Assembly: GCA_963924565.1 (NCBI GenBank)
Contig: OZ004613.1
Location: 4,588,001 to 4,652,000 of the forward strand
Direction of reading: 5' to 3'
Source of the DNA: Ascidiella aspersa
Taxonomy: Eukaryota
DNA: 64,000 nt
The stretch's first letter is position 1, and the number at the start of each line of letters is the position of its first letter. Below the pieces are notes generated by a model. It was not told the origin of the DNA. It did not search any database and saw only the letters and a list, made by a program, of their open reading frames with translations. Below, piece after piece: positions 1 through 12,141 of the stretch. Both the position numbers and the translations under genes were made by a program.

Positions 1-1220
1 TTTGACCTGAGAGAGTTATTTCTGGAATGTTTTTTCTGGTAAATTATTGGAATATAGTCCACTAAAAATTTCATTGAGAGAATCGTTTTCTTGTTTGCGT
101 TTTTTCAAACTCATAACGCAGGCCCGTAACTACCACGGGTTCAACCGATGAATCAGGACTCAGCTCATTAGATTTTATTATGAAATTAAAAGGTTGAAAA
201 TTATGCGCTTTTTATTATTTCATTTAGTTAGAACACACACGTCTAATCTTTTGATGTGGCTTTTTTGTTTATTGCATGGTGTTGCCTTAACCTCATAAGA
301 GCCCCGTTTTAAACACTTATGGGACTGATTTGTTTGTAATAAGTTTAGCATAATTTTTAGTATTCGCAGATATAAATTTTCGGCAATAGACTTGTCTGTT
401 TCTTCGCAGATATTATTCTGAAGACAAAAAATTTGCCTAAACTGAATAATAATAAACAACGGCCATAATGAGTTTGAACCGGAGCCCAAATTGACAAAGT
501 TACCTTGCTTTAAGGTGCGCCCGCTTTCCAATTGCACCACTATATGTTTCCAAAACTCTGTCTCTCGAGTCTATATTAAACCATGTGTGACGCACTGGGG
601 AACTTTAGTTCGCATCGCGAGGGCTTTTATCAATCGATATCATTGGCTGACCGTACAACTGAGATCACAATCGAAGTATAAGTAACCCCTATACTCTGTT
701 ATTAATAAGGCCAAGGTGCTTTTTGTACCTGAAATACTTTGCTGTGGAGACAAGCCACTGCCAGTATAGGACAAAAAGGTCGATACTGATGGATAATTTT
801 TCATCTGCTACAAAACTTCACTTGTTCGATAAATTTTAATCCGATATTAATTGGAAGGGTGCTAAGTTATCAGTTGAATTCCTAAATTGCGACCCTTCGA
901 CAAGTGTAGTAGGTTCCTAAACACCTTATTGAAATGCAAGAATCGAACATCTTGAAATGAAATTCCTCTTGCAGAAAACCTTAAGGTGTTTCGCCTATTT
1001 AAATCCTAATATCTTTCAGTAAACCTTTTATACTTGTGAACTTAATTCCATTTGAAAAAAACGTATTATTTCTACACAACATATTTCCATTGGGCTATGT
1101 TTAATAATTTTTGTTTATTATTTTTGTCATCTTCACGTATTTTTGCCCGAAATGACCAATATTTAAAGAAAAGGCGCATGATTTTCTTAAAACGTTTTTA
1201 ACTTTTCTTAGCCAGCCTAA

Positions 1221-1295
1221 ATGGCCATGGCGGCAACTTGCGATATTTACCAGTGCCGGAATTGTTTTGTTAAACCTGTGAACATTCTCTTAATG
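1221..1295 (+). CDS. Candidate first coding exon of the calmodulin-like gene
   Basis: Open 25-codon frame ATG...ATG ending at a phase-0 GT (ATG|gtaaag), compatible with the phase-0 acceptor at 2677. Calmodulin-family genes often have an intron just after the start codon. No other support. Confidence 0.25.
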
Positions 1296-2240
1296 GTAAA
1301 GTCATTATTAGGTGATTTTTGTATCATTAGGTGATGTTTTAAGTGTGAACGTTGGGTGTCTAACATACCTTTTAAAAAATTAAATTTTTTTTCTGACCTT
1401 AATAGAACAATTTTTTGTCCTCTGCGGTTTGTTTAAATAAGTAAAAATGTTGAAGGGTAAATGATCCATACATTCAAAACTTTCCCAAAACCTAATACCA
1501 CGTCTGGAAGCTTTATTAAGGCAATAAAGAAATGTAACGAGTGATTTTTGCCTTATTTTGTTGCGTTAGGCACTATACTTAGAAACAACTACGGCGTTGA
1601 TTCAATTTATTCTATTTTTGCTCACCTTCTGACTTTACCGTGAGGCGTCTACCTTCATTTCTGATGTAATCTTTTTACGGACTCCCAATAAAATCCGAAA
1701 TAAACTTTTTTATCTTCGGCGAACCGGTAAATCCATTATAATTCGATTTTGTACCTCAGGCATTCAAACTTGATGCCACGTGATGCGATTAAGGCTCTTA
1801 ACACGTGGGTGACGTTTGCGCCTTTTTCGCTTTCGGCTAAATATTAGGGTTATGCGTGGCGAAAACAGTTTATTTGTTTCAATTTATGATGAACTGAACT
1901 ATTTTCGGTGTTCTCCGCCCACACAAGTCAACAACCAATACTGGATAAACTTAGCACATGCTTAGGGAACCACATACGTTTTCATAGCCATTTTTTTTAT
2001 GATACTTCAGTGTTTAAAAAAATAAACCGAGTTGGCCAGACGACTTAGACCTCAATAGTGGCCGGTTGAAACAAGTTGTGCTTATTTAATGGATAATATC
2101 TTGTGTGGTTTATTGTGTATACATTTCGAAAGACACCAAAGTCTTAGTGCTTAGGGCCTCTAAAAGGCAAGGTCCGAACAAGTTTAAACGGAGGTCTGCA
2201 CTTAACAAGTACATTTTGTGTACAAAAGCGTGCTTTATGA

Positions 2241-2532
2241 CGGTGCTACTTTTTTAGTTTTGTTCACCACTAGCATCTATCTCCAGATTTCATTCACCCT
2301 TGTCTCATGATATGATAAAACTATCTCGTCTATATATATAAAAGCACAAAATGGCTTTAGTTGTTTCGAATTTTTTAAGCTATGAAAGCACAAAAACACA
2401 GAAAATTCGCCCTGCTCGCAAGCTATTTTCCATTTCTGATAGTTCACCGTTATTCACCCCTTTTGGTTGGTTCACCCCTGCAAAAATTTTAGTTACCCTG
2501 GGGTGAACTATTCACCTGATTAAGAAACACTG
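2241..2532. mobile_element. hAT-type MITE, family A copy 1
   Basis: Right end TTAAGAAACACTG; TSD CTTTATGA/CTTTATGG; closely similar to 11230-11475. Confidence 0.75.
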
Positions 2533-2676
2533 CTTTATGGCACAGTGTGGCATGAAACCTTTAATCAGATGTAGCAAGGTTGTACGAAAGTTTGTTAGGA
2601 TTTTGGTTTGAAGTAAAACGCACGTTTCTAGCAAGACATTTAATATAATGCTATTAACTGGTGTTTGTCGTTTCAG

Positions 2677-5600
2677 GGAATCTTCGAAGACATTCTTTGT
2701 GAAATGGGCGAAGCTAGAATCATTCAGTACAAAGACGCCTTCGCAAAATTTGACAAGGTTTGTCAACATGGCCGTAAAATTTGATTAAAACATAACTCAT
2801 ATTCGAGCAAAATCGTGCCCCTCAACTATTTTTAAGACTATCATACAAACAGAACAAGGTGTATCTTTAATCTTTTTGTGACTGACAGTACAAAAGTATT
2901 TAGAGTCTATACAAGGGGGACACCACTCACGAACGTTTGATTGCGCTATCCAGGGTTACCATCTGCTAAGACCAAAAAATAAGGACACTTTTGATAAGGC
3001 GGGCGGACCCAGGACTTTGTTGTGGGGAGGCATCCAAATACAATACTCTCAAAAACCTTGTTGTTAGTTATGAACCTTAAAGCAAAAGTTCAAGAAAAAA
3101 ATAGTTTTGTTAGGTTCAATTGGCGAAACTTCCGTTATGTATTTGGCCAGGGTTCACCAGTAATTGAATAATACTGTTCGAACAGTAATTGAATAATAAA
3201 TTCTGTATATTAATAGTGAACAGTATATTGAATAATAAATTCTAAAATAAGACGAACTAAACACACAACTCAAAAATAAGCACGTTTCCTAGAAATAGGC
3301 ACATTTATGTTTTCTAAGACACTGTCATCAAAAATAAGCACAAATCTGAGAAATAAGCACGGTATGGTAACCCTGGCTATTCCCTTTAAATTTTCGCAAG
3401 CACTTTGCTCTTACTCCCACTTTGCTCCTCATTCTGCGCCCTCCTCTTTCGACCAATAGGATCGCTCGACATTCACCCGCGTGTAATTATCACCAGGGAT
3501 CAATAGTTCGAACATTGTCCGTCGGTACGCGGCAAAATGTCGCTTCCCCCGCCCCTAATGCCCCAAGGCGACAAGCGTAAGTTGGCTTGAGTGATTTCGG
3601 GCGACACAATATTTCCAACGTATTGATTCCAGCGGAAACTTGTCGCTAAACAGACGAGCTTTGAATTACTTTGCCAAAGGTCAGCGGAGACGCCCTTTAA
3701 GAAGATTTTTGTATATATTTTGTTCTGAAATCCGTGTCTGGCTAAAGCTTTTAATTATTATGCGTCCGAGCGTGGCAGTAAAATACGCCAGCTTGTGTTT
3801 TAAGGCATTTGAAAGCCATATATTTATTCACTGTTCAAAACGAGTAAGGTTAAAATAAAAAATGTAACTCATTTTTTGTTAAAAATTGCATTTTAGTTCC
3901 AGGGGTTGACCTTAGCCTAAAGGCCAAGATCGAATAGCGTAAAAATCAAATTAATTTCAATATAAGGTTGTTTTAAAAGTTCGGAATCTATTCCACGTTC
4001 AAACTGATTACAGGTTAATAAGTCGGTCTCACGGGTGACCATAGGCTTTTTCACAACCCCCTTTCTGCAATACATACATAACCCCAGTTCAAATCAAAAG
4101 TAAACGTTTTGTTACTGAACACTATTGTCCAAACAAACTTCTTTCGGTTGAATACAAGTGTATTTTTATCGCTGGTAATAAAATATTCACAAGGCGATTG
4201 CTGATCGAAAACGTTCACCAATATAGCACATGGTGTCGATATCCGATAACAGATGTATTTGAACAACCAGTATCGCGGTGCGATCTAATATCAGATGACA
4301 TAATTGTGCTTAAACAAGCAAAATAGGTCAATTTGAATATTTACCTTTATCCGCAGAATTCCAATTTTAAGCTGCACAAACATATCGCCTTGCAATATCC
4401 AAAGTTTCCAATCTGGAATATTTACGTTAAGCAATGGTCAAACAAATTGTTTCGGTTCGAATAGTCAGGTGAACACTGAACATACTTGGAAACCTTAGCA
4501 CCTTTTACAACTCACTTTGAACTTTGCATTTATTCGCAGGATTCGAGTGGGATCATCAGCTCCAAGCAGCTTCGTCGTCTGCTGCGAACCTTGGGTCACA
4601 ATCCCAGCGATATTGAACTGAGGGAACTGGTCAACCAGGTCTGTACTGATTACTAGGGATTTCCGATAATGTCGATACCCGATGCAAGTTGTAGTATCGG
4701 TTAAAGTTCGATACTAGGGTTGTATCCAGTGGTGGAATTCAGCCGGTTCGCACCGGATCTATAGAACCGTCCCACGAAGGTTTTTGAGATCAGCAAACCA
4801 GTTAGCACTACTGGTTAATGTCAATGAACTTTTGCATCTTATCTATTGAATTTTGTGATAGAACCGGCTGACAAAAAAATTGAATCCCACCACTGGTTGT
4901 ATCGGCGCCGATTTGATAACAAATTAATTTAAAAAATTACAGCCACCATTTGCGATAAAGTTCAGCTATCCAACTTTAAAAGATAAATTTATTGATAAAT
5001 AGTAGCCCAGACTAACAACCGAAAGTAACTTAACTTTTTTAGAACTTTTCAACGCAAAGCAAATTTTACCCTAATAGCCTTGAAAAATACATTTAAAGGT
5101 TTAAATTTCATTTATTTTGCTTGTTTGACCATAGTAATGACGTCATTTGGTACCGGATCGCGATATTTTTCCTCCCAAATATCGGGTATCGTTGTCGGAA
5201 TAAAATGTCAAGTATCGACAACCCTACTGGTGACGTACGATAATATCGGATCGGTGCCGATACCCTAAGCTAAATGGTAGTATCGGTACAAGTTTGATGC
5301 TAGGATGTTATGCGTGTCGAGCAGCAAATAGCAAGAAAATATTTAATATTCAAAAGATGGGATAGATTTAACATTAAATTTATTTTTATGCATCTTTGCA
5401 AACATTGAAAATAAGATAGCATAAAATAACACAAGGACAGCGAAAGGGCTTTACGTTCAACGAGTAGATCTGCCCACGGATAAATAACTAACTTTATTAA
5501 AAGTATTTCATAAAAACACTTAATTTTAAAGTCGAGTAATTTTGCCCGAAAGACTTAAATTAAATCAAGTCAAGTTGTGGACAACAGAGACTTAATTGCA

Positions 5601-8600
5601 CTAAAGTCAAGTCAAGGACTTAAGTCATTACAACCCTGTCCACTGCGGTCGGAAAACCAAGTAAATCTACATACTACATTATTCTTATACAGGTCGACAT
5701 GGATGAGAATGGAAAGATTGACTTCAACGAGTTTATCATCATGATTGGATAGTGAGTTGAAAATTGTTTTGTTTTTTAGCTCAGTTCCACCCGCAAATTA
5801 TGGAAATAATATGGGCTTTACAAGCATCCTGAAGTATTTACATTTTTCGTCACTCGCCAGAGTATTTCAAAACGCGAAATTTTCTGTCTAAACTTTTTCA
5901 TCCCATTATTACATTTGGGTAAACAAAATTTACTCCAAAATTTAATGAATTGTAAACTAAGTTAATGTCTTTCCCAAAAACCAAAACATATTTAAAACCA
6001 AATATTTTTCGATTTTTCTTGTAATAATAAACCTTTTTTTTAAACAAAACTGCGCAACAGTAGGAATATTAATTTCATCTATATGAATATATCTGTCGCG
6101 TACCTATGGGACTCGTTTTATAAGACCTGCAGAGTATTAATTTCACGCTTTTAAACGCCTTGCCTTTAAAAGGATGACAAACGAGCAATAACGACTATCG
6201 ATGTGACCGCAGGGAACAGGTAAATTGCCGATACAATGTTGCGGCTATAAAACTACCAGCGCCAAAGTCAACATTCCAAGGGACAAATTATCCCCTAATT
6301 CCAATCTTCTAAGTAGGCTTAGCGGGAACCTTAAAGGCTTAGCTTGAAGCGACGGGGGAGTTTTGTAAGCTGTAACCTGAAGGGCATAGGACGAAGAAAC
6401 GCGGTTTCAATTGGGAAACTTGATCGCTATTCATCAGCTTAGGATTTAATAAAGACGAATGGTTATAGGAAGCTCATTTAGTAGAGTGCTTGAGCCAGGG
6501 AACGTGAGACGAAACTCACCTGTGGGGGAGAATGCTTAGGCGTAAATCTACTAGCCACGCTGTTCTCAAACTGAGAAAGTTTCCAAGGGTTCGCAGAGAA
6601 TCTTTTAATAAAGAATATCTAAATTGATTTGGTCTCATTATAATGTTAATGATTTACATTTCTCGTACAGTTTTTTTTTATATTTTATCTTGGTTATGTT
6701 TTTTTTTCACCAGTCCAGCCCACCATCTCTTTAAACGTATTAGGATTTCAGTTTGCGTATTGGTGAACTGAATGGAGCGATAACCTTAGTTTTCCTACGG
6801 TCACTTGTATTACGTAACTTGGTCGGTAAAAAAAATCCGTCTACTTTTCGGTAAAAATCATTTTAGATTCGAAATCATTCTACTTTTAGGTAAAAATTCG
6901 TTCTACTTAAACCTCTGATATCAAGTGATTCAAAGTTCTTCTAATCAAAACCCTCCCAAAGGATCCTCACATCCATTTAAAACAAAGCGACAAAAACAAA
7001 AATATGTCCGTCCTTGAAATGCCTCCTTCTCGCAAGTCCATTACAGCAGCGCAAACTTTTGCAGCCGAGGGTGCTTTCCCGCCCACCTTTGGCCGGTGTT
7101 GCTTGCGGTGCAGACAGTTATTATTGTATCAAATATTCATTCCTGGGACGCAACCTTCCGCCAAAAGGAAAGGATCAATAATTCATAAGCCGGGAAAGTC
7201 TTTACCGTTTGTTTTGTTTACAGCCCCTGAGTTTTCCAGATCGGAGGAAAATTACTTTCCCGGTGTTGGCGCCAACTTCTCGAGTGCAATAAAGTCCCCG
7301 GGGTTTAGGGCGCCGCTATTAAGGGGCGATTAGGGGGCTAGACTCCCCCATGTCAGACTTGGAAAACTAGACAATTTTAGTTTGGTACACTATGCACGGA
7401 TCTCTAATGTCTTAATCAAGATGCTGTCGATTTACTCGACCTTTTTGGCTTTGCAATTCATTATCTAGATAATTTTTGTTTTCTAATTCTATGAATTATA
7501 GCAAAATGCGACTAATTCTAGTTCTAATCTAATTTGGGTTTTACCAAAAATGATATTTTGTCCAATGGCATTTTTTATTCTGTCTGTCAAAACAAAGAAC
7601 TTCATTTAAAATGTAGTTAATTTTACATTCAGCAACTGCTAAACAGTATAGAAGTTGGGACTAACATATTTACAACATTCTTTTTAGAATAATTTGTGGT
7701 TTAAATTAAATTGATTGTAAACAATTATATGTAATTCCAGTTAAAATTCTAGGCAAAATTTGTCTTTTTAGAAATTCGGTTCCAATTCTTATCTAATTTG
7801 ATAAAACTTAAATATTCCAATTCTAATTCCAATTTTAATTTATAAAAGCCAACATAAAATATAGTTGTCTACGTCTGCCCCCCTAAAATTGCTCTTCCGG
7901 CAATTATTTTTTTATTAAATATACCGCCGTTTCGTTATCATTTCCCTGATGAATATTCCCTGCATAGGTTATCGAAACGTCATATATTAATTAAAAATGA
8001 ATTGCCGAAAGGACAGTTTTACAGTTGATGCACTGCCTGGCTGCGACAGGGTGTTTATTCGTTTACCAACTATGATATTTTAGAAATAACGATTTCACAG
8101 AACTTTTTTTTCGGATTTTTGCCTTTTTTACCGTAACATGAAAAGATGGTTGATAAAAAGTTAAATCTAAACCGTTACGGTTAACGTATAAAAGAACTGT
8201 TAATTGACCTGAAAATGTGTTAAAAGCTTGAGAAGCGCACCGCTCCGAACAAAAATCAGTCAGCAAAGTTCTAAAACTTTTAATACAAATATGCATTTCG
8301 CCATATAATTGGCATCATCAGTTTGTCTGTACAAATATATAGTAAAAAATTAAAATATTAAAATGTTAAATAAAACAAAATTATTAAAAATTTTAGAACT
8401 TTGATCGTCGGCATGATGTGTTCTGTTGAGGCAAGATTCTGTTGTGAATACACATACTAAGCTTATAGCATGTGTTAATTGGAATTTATTAAGTTGTTAA
8501 AATGTTATCCTCTTGAAGAATATTTTCAGTACGGTACCCTGAATATTGATCCGACAAGGCGTGAATATCTGACCTTTGAGAGAACCGTGACTAAAACCTT

Positions 8601-11222
8601 ATCTTCGTTTCGGATCTAAAGGCGCTAATTTTAGTGCCTAAACTTTTAAAAGACTGTTTTCACATCCCTTAGGGTTTACTCCCAAGAGATGGCGCGGTGT
8701 TCCAAAAAAGCAATCACTCATCCTTTAAATATAGTCGGGTGCGGCTTGAGTGTATGTGACTAACTTCGGTGTCGTTACATCGTCTTCTTTTCCTGTTAAT
8801 TTTGTCCTTTTTTCTTTTGTGCGTGTTTTGACGTTTTTATCTTCACTTGTATTTTCACACTGATTATGGCATGAGGTATTGCCGAAACGTTTGTAACAGC
8901 GAAATGTCGATTTTATCGAATAGGCCTATAATGACTTTAATATTTTTATTAAAATCGGTTTGTTGATTTGGCATTTTTTACTACAGGGGTGTCCAAACTA
9001 GGGCCCGCGTGGTAAATTTGACAGCCCTCGCATCCCTCGGAATTTCCCCTAGTGAGATAAAATATATTTGAAATGTTGTCGGATGCATTTACAAACTTAA
9101 GTTGTTTGATTTTTTTCAACGACAAATTCCCAAAAGCTTAGTAGCCTACAGTCTTTTGTAAAATAAAAGTTATAAACAGTTTTACTTTCTAAGAGTTATA
9201 AAAAACTACTACATATAAAAGCAATCGTTCGTAGTTTTTTTTTTATAATATTCTGCAACAAAACCTAATCAGGTCAAGTCAATATCGTTTTCTTTTTAAA
9301 AAAGTTTCCTAAATCATTATAACCACATGGAACAGAGGAGGGATGCTTAGTACTTAATGGATACTTAAAAAGTAACCTGATTCATTAAAACCTTGGAAGG
9401 GATTGTACAAATTCATTTCTTGGCAGTTTCGACAAGGCTAACAACGAAGACGAGGACTTATGCAACATCTTTCGGGTCTTCGATCGAGATGAAAAGGGAT
9501 CCATCGACGTCAACGACCTCCGCAACATCTGGAACGACTTCCTCACAGAGATGGCTCCCCTCGATGAGGTATCTTGCATTTACTTGGTTTAAATGTTACG
9601 CCAAAAATACTGTTCGTGCTTAACGGCCTGTCGCTGACCTCGTGTACGCACACAACTAAATTAGAGAACTTATTTATTGTAAACTTATATATTGTAGTGG
9701 CGCGAACGCCAACGATGGCTTTTTCTTGAGCGAATGCAGCTAGCGCGCACGCTACTAGCTTGATCCAAAAACGTGACCAACCCACACCACAACTAAAACA
9801 AGACTGCTTTCGTTCTCTCAAACGGTTTGCATCCAAAACGAAGGAATGTCCTTCTGGGCCAAAACAAAAGTGTAAAACAATGAGTGATTAGAAGTGAAAA
9901 CGCAAAGGTGTAACGGAAAGAAACGAACTGAGACAAAAAGTGAAGTGCAGTGAAGTAAATCAAATTAAACCAAGAAAATCAACAATAAATTACACAACAC
10001 AAATAGGCAAACAAACGCCTTTTTTTTGGAGGGGGGTCATACCAACGCTGCAAACCCCCTGGATCCGACCCTGGTTCCCAACCTTCCGAAGAGCTCACGT
10101 GATAAATTGCTGTGGCAATCGTCACATGGTCAGATTTATTGCTATTGCTTTGGTAAATCTTCCTACAAAATTTGAAAAAATCCAACAGCTATCGAAAGAC
10201 GAGGAGCATTTTAAATTAATTTGAATGCGCTAATGCTATTGTCCCATGGCAAACTGAATGTTTAAAATATGAAATATGTCTCCTCGCCCTTACACGATTT
10301 GCGATGAGCTTTTGTTACCAGGCGTAATACCAATCAAAAATGCGCCTTTTTCACCCGACCATTGTATATTCTTGCACAGAGCATAGAACACGGTTAAACA
10401 CTTCGAAATATGTAGACAAGGCATACTTGTTAAAAATCAGATAACTGAAAACAGGCCAGACAAAATTCCACGCGCCCGCGGCTGATTTTCCGTGTTGTTA
10501 AGTAGCAGTAACTCTACGTTGTTATCCTGATTTGGGAATATTTGATTGAAGAATTTACACTTGTAAAGTTGTAAGGCAACTTCACAATTATTTTAGAGCT
10601 TTCTTTGAAAAAGATTCCAACATTTTTTTGGATTCGCTTTTTGACCCGGCCCTCCCAAGAAATTTTGTTATTCGCGTGCAACCTCTTGTCAAAAAATGTC
10701 CACACATGCTATTGGGGAATTTTGTGTGACGCTAGTATTTGACTGACAATAAGTATAACCCCTAATTTTTTGTATTCAGGAATTTTCGCAGTTTTTATTA
10801 AAAAAGATTAAGATGTTGAAAAAAATAACCGTTTTTATTCCCAAACTTTCAAATTGGTACTTACTGATGTACGGGCTTTATATTTTACATCTTACTACAA
10901 TTTCCAGCCATTATCTTAGGATTGATTCAAAATATTTACAAAATGTTAGGCTACCTACTTCCGTCAGGGCTTTGACATTCAATCTACGTCTAACTATAAC
11001 CTCCAGAAATTATCCTGAGATTTATTCGAAAAGTTCACAAAATGTAACCTATACTTCTGCATGCGCCTTGATATTCATTCTATTGTAAAGTTCCACAAAC
11101 TGCTTCCCCCTTATACTCACGTGTTTATTTTCTAGTTCGAGGAAATGATCAAGTTTATCGACGACGATGGTAACGGGGAAATCAACCGAGTCGAGTTACT
11201 CGAGATGCTGAGTACGAGATGA
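2677..11222 (+). CDS. Calmodulin-like four-EF-hand protein; exons 2677-2757, 4540-4638, 5693-5751, 9427-9568, 11136-11222 (5' end unresolved)
   Basis: All exons have AG/GT boundaries and compatible phases (0,0,2,0). Spliced translation: GIFEDILCEMGEARIIQYKDAFAKFDKDSSGIISSKQLRRLLRTLGHNPSDIELRELVNQVDMDENGKIDFNEFIIMIGYFDKANNEDEDLCNIFRVFDRDEKGSIDVNDLRNIWNDFLTEMAPLDEFEEMIKFIDDDGNGEINRVELLEMLSTR*. It shows four EF-hand loops with calmodulin spacing and an LGxNP linker. The start is either the in-exon ATG at 2704 or an upstream exon. Confidence 0.9.
4654..5226. mobile_element. TAGGG-ended MITE with CCGATA/ATCGG subterminal motifs (host of a nested MITE)
   Basis: Imperfect TIRs TAGGGATTTCCGATA / TATCGACAACCCTA; 6/8 TSD. 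Related pieces at about 28690-28766, 31560-31851, 37025-37097. Confidence 0.6.
4727..4895. mobile_element. hAT-type MITE (169 bp) nested in the element above
   Basis: 15-bp TIRs with one mismatch, CAGTGGTGGAATTCA / TGAATCCCACCACTG; perfect 8-bp TSD GTTGTATC. Confidence 0.9.
7368..7871. mobile_element. AATTCTAATT-rich MITE-like repeat; second copy at about 54335-54816
   Basis: Two dispersed similar copies; imperfect TIRs TAGACAATT / AGTTGTCTA; interrupted by a hammerhead-family retroposon fragment at 7384-7464. Confidence 0.55.
8285..8326 (-). ncRNA. Minimal Type I hammerhead ribozyme
   Basis: Minus strand ACAAA CUGAUGA U GCCA auuaua UGGC GAAA ugca UA UUUGU: intact core, paired stems I and II, palindromic stem III (AUGCAU). 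Confidence 0.8.
8854..8896 (+). ncRNA. Degenerate hammerhead (core CUGAUUA), same repeat family as 61021-61064
   Basis: About 8835-8955 aligns by eye with about 61003-61118; stem II GGCA/UGCC, GAAACGUU; G8 changed to U. Confidence 0.6.
9693..9999 (+). mobile_element. Possible solo LTR
   Basis: Begins TGTAGTG, ends CACAACA, with AATAAA just before the 3' end and an A-rich 3' half; no convincing TSD. Confidence 0.3.
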
Positions 11223-11229
11223 TACAGAG

Positions 11230-11475
11230 CAGTGCTTCTTAAACTTTTTTAGTTTTGTTCACCCCTAGCATCTATCTCCAGATTTCATTCACCCTTGTTT
11301 CATGATATGATAAAACTATTTCGTCTATATATAACAGCGCAAAATGACTTAGGTTGTTTCGCAAGCTATCATCCATTTCTGACGGTTCACCCTTATTCGC
11401 CCCTTTTGGTTGGTTAACCCCTGCAAAAACGTTATTCACCCTGGGGTGAATCATTCACCTGATTAAGAAACACTG
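11230..11475. mobile_element. hAT-type MITE, family A copy 2, 8 bp after the calmodulin-like stop codon
   Basis: TIRs CAGTGCTTCTTAA / TTAAGAAACACTG; TSD not clean. Confidence 0.75.
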
Positions 11476-11831
11476 CTTATATAGAGCAAGTACGATTAGC
11501 AACGAGTAACGCGAGTGCACGGACATCGCTGTGCAACGAAAGTTCTGGTTCGCACATTTGCTCGCCAAGAAACCCACAAAGATTTCGTTGTTTTTGTTGG
11601 TTTACAACCATAGATAACCGAAATATAAACCACATAGCAGAATGCCCGCCTGACTACTAAAATATTGCCCGTAAAATAGCCGAGTGATTTAATTATAAAT
11701 ATCCACGCTACCCTGATTACGTATTTCCAGTTGTGCTATCAATTGTAATCTTTCGTAGTTCACAGAATCTTTGAAATCTTTTAAAATCATTCAATCCCCT
11801 TCACTTCCAACACACGAACATAATGTTAGAC

Positions 11832-12141
11832 CAGGGGTTAAACTTTTTACCGCGGACCCCTAATTTTTTTTTGCTTAGCATGGACCACGGTAGGCGAGAA
11901 ATTTTTAAAAATGACGTCATAAATTGACGCCACAATACCGATCTGCCGTCTTCGGTCCAAAAATTGTGAAAGTATAATGGAGTCTACATTCAGCACAAAA
12001 CCGTTTTAATTTTAATTAAAATTATTTTAAAAATTAATTCCTTCTTAAATATACAGTACTATTTCCATTAGGCCCTCATGGGCCCCTAAAACTAGTTCAC
12101 GGACTCCCAAGAGGTCATGGACCCTAATTTAAGAACCCATG
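11832..12141. mobile_element. hAT-type MITE, family B copy 1
   Basis: CAGGGGTT...AAGAACCCATG; perfect TSD TGTTAGAC. Confidence 0.85.
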
